Source of the DNA: Pelobacteraceae bacterium
Lineage (GTDB): Bacteria > Desulfobacterota > Desulfuromonadia > Geobacterales > Pseudopelobacteraceae
Length of the DNA stretch: 64,000 nucleotides
Reading direction: 5' to 3'
Assembly: GCA_041675485.1 (NCBI GenBank)
Contig: JBAYTT010000001.1
Location: forward strand, 8,666 to 72,665
Position numbers and translations under genes: made by a program. How positions within the stretch are numbered: the stretch's first letter is position 1; each line of letters starts with the position of its first letter. Of the stretch, positions 26,982 through 37,263 are shown in pieces. Below the pieces are notes generated by a model. It had not been told where the DNA came from. It searched no databases and saw only the letters and a list, made by a program, of their open reading frames with translations.

Positions 26982-28145
26982 TCAAAAGCTCAATGAGCAG
27001 ACATTCGCATAGGAAGTGATGGTTTGCGGCACCCCGTTAATGGAGGCCGTCACGGAACCGTCAGCATTGAAGACCATCACGACACCATTCACCGTCATCT
27101 GCCCGGTCGTGACGCCGTTACTGGTCGTCACCAGTGGTGATTGAGTTGAAATGGCAAATGTCCCGTCCATGCAGGCAGGAATTGTTCGTATGGCATATGT
27201 GCCGTCAATGGTAAGTGAATTCGTCATCGTGGCTGAATTAACGGTGTCAACAAGCTTAAGATTCTGGAAAGTCATTCCTGATGCGGTATCAATTGTAGAG
27301 AAGGTTGTATCCCTGTACGTGTCCATGGTGACCGAGCCTCCCATGGTCATATCAACTGTTGTGATTGATCCGGACGCACTCTCGGACATACTGAGCGAGA
27401 AATTGCCGAATGCCTGCTTTTCACTCGTTCCTGAGTTATAGTTGATGTTTTTTTCCGTACCATTCATTGAAAAGCTCGACGTGCTGGAGTTGGCACTGTT
27501 GGATAATGAATTGATCGTCATCGTCAGATTCATCACTGATTCGTGTTCTTTGGTCACATATCCGCCATAGGCATAATTGATGGTGCTCATATTAACAGCT
27601 ATGCTGCCACCTGAACTGGCTCCCTGGCTGATTCCGGTCAAGGACATCGTCCCGTTCGTAAGCTCGTAATCTTCTTTGCAGCTAGTTGCAGTGATGGACA
27701 TGTTGCCGGACACATCATCGTACACTATTGTTCGTGATCCGCTCACGGCGCATGGGTAAGTATCGGTTGTAGAAGCCGCTACATATTTTCCCACTTTCTT
27801 TGGTATTTCCTGCAGAGCCAATGCCCTCTTTTGAACATCACGAATCGTATCCAGGATCCTGTGCCCGTTGGCAGTCTGATCCGCGGCAGGTTTACTTACC
27901 AAAGAGTTGAGTGAAGGAAATGCCGATCCTGAAGCAAAGGAAGATGCCAACGCCCTTGAGGAGTTGACCGTTCTGGCCGCTTCAGTCGAATTGGAAATAG
28001 TCGTCGCAGATGCAATCGGCGGTGCAGTGACAGTTGTTACTGAGCTGCTACCGCTGTCTGAAGAACTCTTTGAACCCGATCCTCCGCAGGCATAAAGAAT
28101 CCCCGTTACAGCAACCATTCCGATAACCACCGGTAACTTTTTCAT
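26982..28145 (-). CDS. Ser/Thr/Asn-rich lipoprotein (hypothetical)
   Basis: Lipobox LYACGG followed by a low-complexity S/T-rich sequence; 387 aa. Confidence 0.75.
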   Translation of the reverse strand: MKKLPVVIGMVAVTGILYACGGSGSKSSSDSGSSSVTTVTAPPIASATTISNSTEAARTVNSSRALASSFASGSAFPSLNSLVSKPAADQTANGHRILDTIRDVQKRALALQEIPKKVGKYVAASTTDTYPCAVSGSRTIVYDDVSGNMSITATSCKEDYELTNGTMSLTGISQGASSGGSIAVNMSTINYAYGGYVTKEHESVMNLTMTINSLSNSANSSTSSFSMNGTEKNINYNSGTSEKQAFGNFSLSMSESASGSITTVDMTMGGSVTMDTYRDTTFSTIDTASGMTFQNLKLVDTVNSATMTNSLTIDGTYAIRTIPACMDGTFAISTQSPLVTTSNGVTTGQMTVNGVVMVFNADGSVTASINGVPQTITSYANVCSLSF

Positions 28146-28497
28146 AATGATCTCCTCTCGTACTTTTATTTACTGCCGCTGTTTTTTAATGTTCGGCATT
28201 AATTTCTGAATTTCGCACTCGTTTATCTGTTCGCTTATACCGTGTTATTGTCGCTTGTCAAATACAATTTTACATTGCTTGGACCGCGTAACAATAATTC
28301 CTGATGAGCACCCTGCTTTTCCCGTAAACCACTTTAAAACCTCCGTTTTAATGAAAACAATTATCCTTTTCATAGCAGCCAGTTAGCAAAAAACAAGGTT
28401 TTATTATTCAACAAACAGTTTGTATAATACCCTTACCTGGTGTAGAATTTCACCGCGCAGAAAATTTTGTATACATTTTTTTCAAAAGGTGACCTCC

Positions 28498-30582
28498 ATG
28501 TTCCAGTCAAGCCTGAATCGCAAGATCGTCCTTATCATTGCAGCCACCCTCTTCATTGGCTTTGCCGGTCTTGGAATTCTGTCCATCTACCTAGAATATA
28601 CCGCCACTATTGATCTTCAGAGAAAAAATGCCCGTCAACTGGCATCAACGGTTACCCACGACATCCTTAACCAGATGATCAAGGGCGATATGAAGGATTT
28701 TGGAAGCTACGTTTCCGAAATCAAGGCAAAGGGCGGCGTCGCCGGAATTCGGCTTTTTAATGCCGATGGAAAGGAATGGGGAAGCGGAACGGTAAGCGAG
28801 GAGATGCGCACAGCCATTGCTTCCGGTTCACCCAGAGAGCTGGCAGCCAGCAAGGAAGGGAAGAAGCTTCTTGATCTGGCAGTCCCCCTTGCGAATGAAG
28901 AGCGCTGCCGAGGTTGCCACAAGAGTGAGGCGAAGTATCTGGGCGGTGTCATTCTTACGACTTCCCTTGAAGACGGATTTACCTCGGCTCTTCGTCTGAC
29001 ACTGGTCATGTCGGCGGTAGGGGCTTTTTTCTTTTTTGCCATGCTGGGAACATTGTACGTTTTCTTCAACCGCGCAATAGTCCAGCAGATCAAGGAGCTC
29101 TACAAGCAGCTGGGTGACCTGGCCGGGAGCGAAGGGGATCTGACCAAGGTTCTTGAGGTTCGTACGTCCTGTGAAATTGGCCGACTGGGAGAGGAAGTCA
29201 ACAACCTGACCGAGAAGATACGCAGCACCTTTTCCGAGCTGTATTCTCAAACCTGCCTGATCGGAACAAAAGTCTGCGAGCTGGCCACCGGCACGGAGCG
29301 GACACTGAAGATGACCCAGGAACAAAAGGATCAGGCATTTACTGTTGCAGCTTCATCAGAGGAGATGGCCCAGACTATTCATGAAGTTACCGAGAATACC
29401 CACCGGGCGGCCTCGCTTTCCAGTGCGGTTGACACAGCCGCTAACAGCGGGATGGCCGTTGTGGAAGAAACCTGGAACTGCATGCAGCAGATCAGCAGCA
29501 GTGTTAATAACACCCTGGTGATCATTCGTGAACTGGAGGCAGCCTCCACACATATCGGCGAAATGGTTGTTCTGATCGAAGACATCGCCGATCAGACCAA
29601 TTTGCTGGCCCTGAATGCTTCTATTGAGGCGGCCAGGGCCGGAGATGCCGGCAAAGGGTTTGCAGTTGTTGCCAGCGAGGTCAAGGGACTGGCCGAAAAG
29701 ACAACCGCTTCTACGCGTGAGATCAAGCGGGTTGTGGCAAATATCCAGAAAACCAGCCGTAGCGCGGCAGATATGATCGGCAACGAGAGTGTCCTCGTCC
29801 AGACCGGCCTTGCCAAAGCCGAGGAAGCACGAAACAGCCTTGAGAACATCAAAAATCATGCTAACGAGTCGCGGCTCATGATTGAACAGATTGCTACCGC
29901 TTCTGAAGAGCAGAATGCCACAACAAATCATATTTCCGAGATGATTCATCTTGTTTCCCGCAGTGCAGGAGAGACAAACACAATGATGCAAAAGACCAGC
30001 GACGCTTTTGCTACATTCTCTGACGTTGTTGAACAGATTTACGGGTCGGTTGGAAAATTCTCGGTCGGAAATTATCACGATACCGTGAAGGGCTACATTC
30101 GCGAAATGGAGGTCCAGGTCCTCGCCGCCATCGAACAGGCGCTCAAGGATCGAACGATAACCCTTGAGAGTCTCTTCGACAGAAATTATGTACCGATCCC
30201 TAATACAACTCCTCAAAAATATACGACCAAATTTGACTCGTTCTTTGACAAGGTGATCTCGCCGATTCAGGAATCGATTGTCAATCGTGACAGCAAGGTA
30301 CTGTTTGCCATCTGCGTTGATAACAACGGCTATCTCCCCTGTCATAATCTTCGTTTCACCAAACCATTAACGGGTGATCCTGAAATCGACAAGAACAACA
30401 ATCGCACCAAACGAATGTTCAATGATCGGACCGGTATCCGATGCGCACGCAATACGGAAGGGTTCCTGCTGCAAACCTACAGTCGTGACACCGGTGAAAT
30501 ATTAAATGACATGTCAAAACCTCTCGTTATCAGCAACAGGCATTGGGGTGGAATCCGCATTGGTTATCTGGCACCGAAATAG
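28498..30582 (+). CDS. methyl-accepting chemotaxis protein with periplasmic CXXCH (c-type haem) sensor and an extra C-terminal cytoplasmic domain
   Basis: TM1, an approximately 130-aa periplasmic region containing CRGCH (28906-28920), TM2, HAMP, and the MCP hairpin [22 protein letters not shown], followed by about 175 aa ending HWGGIRIGY. Start set at MFQSS (28498). Confidence 0.9.
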   Translation: MFQSSLNRKIVLIIAATLFIGFAGLGILSIYLEYTATIDLQRKNARQLASTVTHDILNQMIKGDMKDFGSYVSEIKAKGGVAGIRLFNADGKEWGSGTVSEEMRTAIASGSPRELAASKEGKKLLDLAVPLANEERCRGCHKSEAKYLGGVILTTSLEDGFTSALRLTLVMSAVGAFFFFAMLGTLYVFFNRAIVQQIKELYKQLGDLAGSEGDLTKVLEVRTSCEIGRLGEEVNNLTEKIRSTFSELYSQTCLIGTKVCELATGTERTLKMTQEQKDQAFTVAASSEEMAQTIHEVTENTHRAASLSSAVDTAANSGMAVVEETWNCMQQISSSVNNTLVIIRELEAASTHIGEMVVLIEDIADQTNLLALNASIEAARAGDAGKGFAVVASEVKGLAEKTTASTREIKRVVANIQKTSRSAADMIGNESVLVQTGLAKAEEARNSLENIKNHANESRLMIEQIATASEEQNATTNHISEMIHLVSRSAGETNTMMQKTSDAFATFSDVVEQIYGSVGKFSVGNYHDTVKGYIREMEVQVLAAIEQALKDRTITLESLFDRNYVPIPNTTPQKYTTKFDSFFDKVISPIQESIVNRDSKVLFAICVDNNGYLPCHNLRFTKPLTGDPEIDKNNNRTKRMFNDRTGIRCARNTEGFLLQTYSRDTGEILNDMSKPLVISNRHWGGIRIGYLAPK

Positions 30583-30689
30583 CTGCTATCTCTCATTTAT
30601 GACGACAGCCTCTTGAATATGTTATATACACTGTTGTGTGTTACAAGCGGGCTCAGATTTATCGATTGGAATATTGAGGGTGGGTTTGT

Positions 30690-31511
30690 ATGAAGCATTT
30701 GGGCGATTTACTGGTTGAAGCTGAAATTATCAGCAACAAAACGCTTGAGCGGGCACTGGAACGCCAGAAATCTGAAAAAAAGCGCCTGGGAGTTGTGCTT
30801 GAAGAAATGGGAGTCATTACCGAGGAAGAACTGGTAGATGCTCTGTCCAAACAGTTTAATTTCAAGACCATCAAAAATTTTGTCGGTCACGCCTACCCTC
30901 AAGAACTGCTCGACATGCTGCCGTCCGATTTTGCAATGAAGAAGCTTGTTTTTCCCCTTAAGCAAAAAGAAGCCATGCTGGCGGTCGCAATCACTGACCC
31001 CTTTGATCTGGAAACAATGGAGATGTTGAGCCGCATTACCGGAATGCAGGTTGTTCCCGTGCTTGCCACCCGCAAAGAGATTTTGGATGCGATTTCAGTG
31101 CATTATCTGAAAAGTAGCGCGGATAGCGGCGAAGCGATACTGGTAGTAGAAGACTCAATGCCGATTTTAACAATTATACAGGCGGCACTTGTAAAAGAGG
31201 GCTATAAGGTTCTATTGGCAAGCGATGGACTGGAAGCTCTGAAAATCGCCTTGTCGGAGCGACCGAAGCTTATAATAACCGATTCCGTGATGCCGCGCAT
31301 GGACGGTTACGGACTGTTGAGGGCCATCAAAGCCAATCCGATGACCTCAGAAATCCCCGTCATCATGTTAACCTCCAAGGCATCAACCGAAGACGAACAG
31401 AAAGCGCTTGAGTTCGGATTCAGCGACTTTATTCCCAAGCCGGTCCAGCCATTGCGGGTTGTTTCCCGCGTCAAGCACATCCTCGATATGACCAGGAAAT
31501 ACCGCCGTTAA
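30690..31511 (+). CDS. T2SSE_N/MshEN-like domain fused to a response-regulator receiver
   Basis: N-terminus HLGDLLVEAEIISNKTLERALERQ-KSEKK-RLGVVLEEMGVITEEELVDALSKQ (tandem 24-aa motifs); C-terminus ILVVEDS...IITDSVMPRMDG...KP receiver. Confidence 0.85.
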   Translation: MKHLGDLLVEAEIISNKTLERALERQKSEKKRLGVVLEEMGVITEEELVDALSKQFNFKTIKNFVGHAYPQELLDMLPSDFAMKKLVFPLKQKEAMLAVAITDPFDLETMEMLSRITGMQVVPVLATRKEILDAISVHYLKSSADSGEAILVVEDSMPILTIIQAALVKEGYKVLLASDGLEALKIALSERPKLIITDSVMPRMDGYGLLRAIKANPMTSEIPVIMLTSKASTEDEQKALEFGFSDFIPKPVQPLRVVSRVKHILDMTRKYRR

Positions 31512-31537
31512 TACGGCAAAATCCTGCGCCCTGCTGA

Positions 31538-32065
31538 TCACCAACGATTCAAATGCTTTCCTTTCCCTTTATTCCCGTTTCTGAATTCCCAGGGGGGTTG
31601 CGGATTCGAGTCTCTCCAAAGCCCGACTCGCCGTGAACGGGCCATACTTTCCGCTCCCATGTATTCAGATTCATATGCCCCTTGAAGATACTGGCGATAC
31701 GCCCACGCCATCCCATCCGCAACCATTTCGCGATTTATATCCCGGCCGGCATACCGAATTACCGCCACAGCCCGCTTGTACTGATCGATGTCCATAATTT
31801 CGGCGGTTACCCGACGCCCCATGATCTTGAACATCAGCGTTCGCCTGGATACATCGCCATACGGTTGTCCCACCTTGTCCGGCTTTCTTGTCTCAGGCGC
31901 ATCGATACCGTACAGCCTCACCTTGAGCCGACTCTCCTCTCGCGTCGCCAACAATACGGTGTCGCCATCGTAAACCGCTTTAACCATGCCTTCAATGGTT
32001 CGTCCGGCATAGGCGCTGCCCGCCAGGAGAAGTATCTGCAGAACGGCAATAAGAAAGGTTTTCAT
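31538..32065 (-). CDS. secreted thermonuclease (staphylococcal nuclease homologue)
   Basis: Signal peptide; VYDGDTV...VRLYGIDAPE...QPYG...A SNase motifs. Confidence 0.88.
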   Translation of the reverse strand: MKTFLIAVLQILLLAGSAYAGRTIEGMVKAVYDGDTVLLATREESRLKVRLYGIDAPETRKPDKVGQPYGDVSRRTLMFKIMGRRVTAEIMDIDQYKRAVAVIRYAGRDINREMVADGMAWAYRQYLQGAYESEYMGAESMARSRRVGLWRDSNPQPPWEFRNGNKGKGKHLNRW

Positions 32066-34438
32066 TTACATCAGCTCCGCCGCATAATTGAATTCGGTAG
32101 TCCCGGCAAGCTCACGTCCCGATTTGAAAGCTGCGATGATGTCGCCCCACCTTTCACGCGGTTCCTCACTCAAATCAATTACAAAAGAGTTGCACCCTTT
32201 CTGCGATAATTCACCATGCCGGGCCGTCAGCGAAAATTGAAGCGAAGAACTGATCGTCTGCAGGCCGTCTTGACTGGCAACACGATAGGTTTCACCCCGA
32301 TCCGAACGGAGAGGAGTATTGGCATGCACGTCTTTGATGCGGATCTTGGTTGTCATCACCGGTAACGGCGAATAGACCAGCACCCGTTGCTCAATATCAA
32401 CTCCCGCTGCAAGCACCCCGGCAAGATTAACGCTGTCGTCTTCCATGTAAAGCGTAACCGCTTCGGCACCAAGTTCCTTCCAGGCAGCCAGCGCCTGGCT
32501 GTTTAGCGTAAAACAACGGTGCCAGGTCGAGACATGCAGGCCTTCAAGCGTACGTAACAATTCAAAATGTGACAGGTTGGCCGCCTCAAAACGCCGGAAA
32601 CCGGAGCGGTAAAGAGTTTGGATCGTGTCGCGATAGAGAGGCACATCACGATCAAACAGTATGAATGGAAGCTGCCAGATGATACGCTCTTCCGAACCTC
32701 GCATACGCGGGACTGCCGAGGATATCTGGTGTATGGCCGCCTTTGTAAGCGGCAACAGAGTAGCGTCAGCACCGTTTTGAAGTGGGAAACGCCACTCTTT
32801 CGGTTCAGCCATGACAACTGTCAGCACCTCGCGGGAGGTCTGCCGATGCCTGGTGCCCTGCACGATCTCCAGCTCTTTCAGGGCTCCCTTGCGAGCTGAA
32901 GCAAGCTGTTCGCGAAAAACAGCCGTGGACGCTTCTCGCAGCTGCTGGTAAAAGCGGCGCCGTAGATCTTTGAACAGGGCGGAAGGAATCAGCACTGCCG
33001 GAAAGTCAGGTGCCACCAGCGAATCGAGCCTGAACGGCGTATCGCCGCATTTTGAAAATTGTCCAAACAGAACCGCCTGCATGTCACCACTACGGGCACT
33101 CTCCAGCTGACCAAGGAAAAAGCTGAACTCATGCTTGTTTCCCGCAACGGCAGCCGAGATATGAAGCTGCTCGTCCTTCAGCGAGACGAACAGCGCACAG
33201 GAGAGCTTGTCACCCTGCCCCCCCTCAAGTCTGCGCAGGCACGCACTGTCACTTAGGGTATATGCCTCTCGGGAAGAAACCTTGTAGATGGAATCGCCGA
33301 CTGAAAAGCTGAACGGTGTCTCAACCTCCACCAGGCTCCCTGCCGGGGCCTCCATGATTTTCTTTCGATTGAGAACCATCTCGCGTACGGTCCACGCTTG
33401 GCCAGCCATGTCGCTCTTGGGTTGAGCCCTCAGACGATCCCCGACGTACAGCGCATCTCTGGTTTCAAAGATCAGGCTCTTTCCTTTAGTGTTCTTGATC
33501 TGACCGATAAAACGCCCGGTGCCTCCTTTCTGCCAGGGGTTCGCAATATCATCCGGCTGCTGTGATGCCAGAAAGCCCTTGGTCGGAGTACGGCCAAAAG
33601 AATATTTCAGTATTCCCTTGGCAGCTGACAGTGCCTCTTTATGAGCTTTTTCCGGAGCATCGAGTACGGTACGGTATGCCTCAACAACCGATGCGACGTA
33701 TTCGGCTGATTTCATCCGACCTTCGATTTTGAGCGACTTGACCCCGGCTTTGATCAGATCCGGCAGCAGGTCGATGGCAGAAAGGTCACTGGTTGAAAAG
33801 TAGTGTCCCTCCTTGCCGCGATGGTTATAAAGCCGGCGGCACGGCTGGGCACACCTGCCACGGTTGCCGCTGTGACCGCCCAATAATGACGAGAAAAAAC
33901 ATTGCCCGGAGATGGAAAAGCAGAGTGCGCCATGGACGAAACACTCAATCTCGACCGGTGTGGACGCAACGATGGCTGCAATTTCATCAATCGCCAGTTC
34001 ACGCGCCAGCACAGCCCGCTGGAAACCGAGTTCCTGCAGCATCTTGACACCCGGGGTATTATGAATAGTCATCTGGGTTGAAGCATGCAACGGGATGGAA
34101 GGAAAATGATTTCGAATCAGTCGTGCTACCGCCAAGTCCTGCAAAATAACACCATCCACCCGCATCGCTGCCAAGGCGGCAAGGGTATCCACCAGCTGCG
34201 GGAGTTCCTTTTCCTTCACCAGGGTATTGAGGGTGATGTATATTCGCCTGTTTTGACCATGAGCATAGGCCATCATCCGCTCCATCTGAGCCAGAGTGAA
34301 GTTCTTTGCCCTGGCACGGGCCGAGAATTCCTGCAGTCCTGCATAAACTGCATCGGCTCCTTTCTCAATTGCGGCGAAGAAGGATTCCAGCGAACCGGCT
34401 GGAGCGAGAAGTTCAGGTTTAGCGTCTGTTATGTTCAT
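32066..34438 (-). CDS. peptidase U32 family protein (long form)
   Basis: PELLAPAGSLESFFAAIEKGADAVYAGL...E..GVDG and a Cys-rich region CAQPCRR. Start set at MNITD (34438), which has a GAGGAA RBS. Confidence 0.88.
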   Translation of the reverse strand: MNITDAKPELLAPAGSLESFFAAIEKGADAVYAGLQEFSARARAKNFTLAQMERMMAYAHGQNRRIYITLNTLVKEKELPQLVDTLAALAAMRVDGVILQDLAVARLIRNHFPSIPLHASTQMTIHNTPGVKMLQELGFQRAVLARELAIDEIAAIVASTPVEIECFVHGALCFSISGQCFFSSLLGGHSGNRGRCAQPCRRLYNHRGKEGHYFSTSDLSAIDLLPDLIKAGVKSLKIEGRMKSAEYVASVVEAYRTVLDAPEKAHKEALSAAKGILKYSFGRTPTKGFLASQQPDDIANPWQKGGTGRFIGQIKNTKGKSLIFETRDALYVGDRLRAQPKSDMAGQAWTVREMVLNRKKIMEAPAGSLVEVETPFSFSVGDSIYKVSSREAYTLSDSACLRRLEGGQGDKLSCALFVSLKDEQLHISAAVAGNKHEFSFFLGQLESARSGDMQAVLFGQFSKCGDTPFRLDSLVAPDFPAVLIPSALFKDLRRRFYQQLREASTAVFREQLASARKGALKELEIVQGTRHRQTSREVLTVVMAEPKEWRFPLQNGADATLLPLTKAAIHQISSAVPRMRGSEERIIWQLPFILFDRDVPLYRDTIQTLYRSGFRRFEAANLSHFELLRTLEGLHVSTWHRCFTLNSQALAAWKELGAEAVTLYMEDDSVNLAGVLAAGVDIEQRVLVYSPLPVMTTKIRIKDVHANTPLRSDRGETYRVASQDGLQTISSSLQFSLTARHGELSQKGCNSFVIDLSEEPRERWGDIIAAFKSGRELAGTTEFNYAAELM

Positions 34439-34508
34439 AGGTTCCTCAAACAGAAAGCGCCCCAAACGGGGCGCTAACTCCATACCAACTAAATTAAGAG
34501 CCGGACGA

Positions 34509-35609
34509 TTACTTCTCCAGCAGAATGCGCAACATTCTTCTCAGCGGTTCCGCCGCCCCCCACAGAAGCTGATCGCCGCAGGTAAAGGCAGACAGGTACT
34601 GCGGTCCCATCTTCATCTTTCTGACGCGGCCGATCGGAACCGTCAGAGTTCCCGAAACCGCCGCAGGGGTGAGTCCTGCCAAAGAATCAGCCTTGGTATT
34701 CGGGATCAGCTTGACCCACTGATTATCGTTCTTGATCAGATTTTCTATCTCGGCAACCGGGAGATCCTTGTTCAGCTTGATCGTCAGAGCCTGGCTGTGG
34801 CAGCGCATGGCACCAACCCGGACACAAAGGCCATCGACCGGGATTGGAGTTGAAGTGCCGAGGATTTTGTTTGTTTCGGCAAACCCTTTCCATTCTTCAC
34901 GGCTCTGACCATCCTCAACCTCCCGGTCAATCCAGGGAAGCACGCTTCCGGCAAGCGGAAAGCCGAATTCTTTCGTCGGCAGAGTGCCATCGCGCAATGC
35001 GGCGGTTACCTTCTTGTCAATTTCCAGAATGGCCGACCCAGGATTTTTCAACTCTTCAGCAACAACACTGTTCAAAACACCCATTTGTGAGAGAAGTTCA
35101 CGCATATTAGGAGCGCCGGCGCCGCTTGCCGCCTGATAGGTCATGGAACTGATCCATTCCACCACTCCGGCACGGAACAATCCTCCCAAAGCCATCAGCA
35201 TCAGGCTGACGGTGCAGTTGCCACCGATGAAATCCTTTTCTCCCTTGGCCAGCGCAGCATCAATCACACCCCGGTTAACCGGATCGAGGATAATGACCGC
35301 GTTAGACTCCATCCGAAGAGTGCTGGCAGCATCGATCCAATAACCATTCCAACCCTGCTTGCGCAGTTCCGGATGAACCGCCTTGGTGTAATCGCCCCCC
35401 TGGCAGGTGATAATTACATCCAGCTTCTTAAGCTCGGCAATATCAGAAGCATCCTTAAGGGTGCCCGCATTGAGCGGCGCCGGCTGTCCTGCCTGAGAAG
35501 TAGTAAAAAATACCGGTTCAAAGCCCAGAGCAAAGTCATTCTCTTCCTGCATCCTCTGCATAAGAACCGAACCAACCATACCGCGCCATCCGACGATTCC
35601 AACTTTCAT
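34509..35609 (-). CDS. asd: aspartate-semialdehyde dehydrogenase
   Basis: [20 protein letters not shown]...GGNCTVS... Confidence 0.95.
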   Translation of the reverse strand: MKVGIVGWRGMVGSVLMQRMQEENDFALGFEPVFFTTSQAGQPAPLNAGTLKDASDIAELKKLDVIITCQGGDYTKAVHPELRKQGWNGYWIDAASTLRMESNAVIILDPVNRGVIDAALAKGEKDFIGGNCTVSLMLMALGGLFRAGVVEWISSMTYQAASGAGAPNMRELLSQMGVLNSVVAEELKNPGSAILEIDKKVTAALRDGTLPTKEFGFPLAGSVLPWIDREVEDGQSREEWKGFAETNKILGTSTPIPVDGLCVRVGAMRCHSQALTIKLNKDLPVAEIENLIKNDNQWVKLIPNTKADSLAGLTPAAVSGTLTVPIGRVRKMKMGPQYLSAFTCGDQLLWGAAEPLRRMLRILLEK

Positions 35610-35631
35610 AGTCTCATGTTCCTTTTCCGTG

Positions 35632-35928
35632 TTATTGATTACGCTTCAAAATCTTCTGAGCAGCCTGATGTCCGTTTTCGGCAGCTTTTTTTATCCATTT
35701 CATTCCGGCATCATGGTTTTTCTTTACGCCTATACCGTCGAAATACATGACACCAAGTGAATACTGAGCACGTGCGTCACCTTTTTCAGCAGCTTTCTGG
35801 AATTCCGCAATCGCCACCTTGTAAAGCCCCTTGCTGGCAGCCTCATACCCTTCTTCGTATCCCGCATGCAAAACCTGCGGCGCCAAACAGCACAATGAAA
35901 TCAATACGGTAATTACAAGTCGGTACAT
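35632..35928 (-). CDS. Sel1-repeat (TPR-like) secreted protein
   Basis: [38 protein letters not shown] Sel1 repeat. Start set at MYRLVI (signal peptide). Confidence 0.75.
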   Translation of the reverse strand: MYRLVITVLISLCCLAPQVLHAGYEEGYEAASKGLYKVAIAEFQKAAEKGDARAQYSLGVMYFDGIGVKKNHDAGMKWIKKAAENGHQAAQKILKRNQ

Positions 35929-35964
35929 ACCCAAATATCCTTTTACAAAATCAGTAAAATCCAC

Positions 35965-37053
35965 TCACAGTGCCGCAATAATAGCCGCACCCATTTGCTT
36001 TGTATCAACCAGTTTCTCGCCATCCTTCTTCTGGTAAATGTCGGCAGTACGGAAACCCTGTTCAAGCACCTTTGACACTGCGTTGTCGATGGCATCAGCT
36101 GCATCCAGCATACCGAAGGAGAACTTGAGCATCATTGCAGCAGAGAGAATCTGGGCGATCGGATTGGCAATGCCCTGTCCGGCGATGTCCGGAGCCGAGC
36201 CGCCGGAAGGCTCGTACATGCCAAATGTCCCCTCAGCCAGCGAAGCAGAAGGGAGCATGCCGAGCGAACCGGTGAGCATGGCAGCCTCATCGGAAAGAAT
36301 ATCGCCAAACATGTTCTCTGCCAGAATTACGTCAAACTGTTTCGGCCATTTCACCAGCTGCATGGCAGCGTTGTCAACATACATATGAGTCAGCTCTACA
36401 TCAGGATATTCTTTGGCGATGCCGATTACAATTTCTCGCCAGAGCACGGAAGAGGAGAGCACATTGGCTTTGTCGATGGAGCAGACTTTTTTGCCGCGCT
36501 TGCGGGCAGCCTGAAAAGCGACGTGCGTGATGCGTTCAATCTCCGGTACTGAGTACCGCAGGGTGTCGATGCCGACCCGATCTCTTCCGATCCCTTCAAT
36601 CCCTTTCGGCTGTGAAAAATAGATGCCGCCGGTCAGTTCACGGATAACAAGGATATTGAAACCACCACCGATCACCTCTTCCTTGAGCGATGATGCCCCG
36701 GTCAGCGAAGGAAAAATGATAGCGGGACGCAGGTTTGCATACAAACCGAATATTTTGCGAAGCGGCAGCAGAGCTCCGCGTTCCGGTTGTTCATCAGGAG
36801 GAAGCGTTTCCCATTTCGGGCCGCCGACCGAACCGAACAGGATAGCGTCAGAGGCTTTGCAGATATCAATCGTGCTCTGAGGAAGCGCCTTGCCTTCGTT
36901 GTCGATACCGGCTCCCCCGACATTGGCAGCGGTGCGCGTAAAGGTGACTCCACATTTTTTCTCAACTGCATCAAGAACATTAAGCGCTTCGGCCATAACC
37001 TCAGGTCCGATGCCATCACCTGCCAGAACAGCAATTTTATACGTTTTACCCAT
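35965..37053 (-). CDS. leuB: 3-isopropylmalate dehydrogenase
   Basis: [15 protein letters not shown]...NLRPA...[11 protein letters not shown]. Start set at MGKTYK (37053). Confidence 0.95.
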   Translation of the reverse strand: MGKTYKIAVLAGDGIGPEVMAEALNVLDAVEKKCGVTFTRTAANVGGAGIDNEGKALPQSTIDICKASDAILFGSVGGPKWETLPPDEQPERGALLPLRKIFGLYANLRPAIIFPSLTGASSLKEEVIGGGFNILVIRELTGGIYFSQPKGIEGIGRDRVGIDTLRYSVPEIERITHVAFQAARKRGKKVCSIDKANVLSSSVLWREIVIGIAKEYPDVELTHMYVDNAAMQLVKWPKQFDVILAENMFGDILSDEAAMLTGSLGMLPSASLAEGTFGMYEPSGGSAPDIAGQGIANPIAQILSAAMMLKFSFGMLDAADAIDNAVSKVLEQGFRTADIYQKKDGEKLVDTKQMGAAIIAAL

Positions 37054-37263
37054 AACCCCCCCGAAAGTTCTCATCAGAATCCCAACCCTATGATAATAAT
37101 TTTCACGGCACTGTTTTGTCAAACTAAAAGCACATATAACCAGTTCTTTTTCCGCATATTTATGCTTTATACTGCGCCCGTCTTCTCACAAAAGTCCGTA
37201 CCCGGCCAATCAATCATACCTGTTGATTAACACAGCTCCATCCCGTACAATGTCGCAATTTCG

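Noticed and set aside
25310-28145. Apparent richness of N-x-S/T sequons in the two lipoproteins upstream of the PglB-like gene, as evidence that they are its substrates.
   Set aside because: I counted 9 sequons in the 387-aa protein and 6 in the 532-aa protein. Both proteins are about 30% Ser/Thr and Asn-rich, so this is roughly what composition alone predicts. None has Asp or Glu at position -2, which the Campylobacter-type extended sequon requires. No support beyond adjacency.
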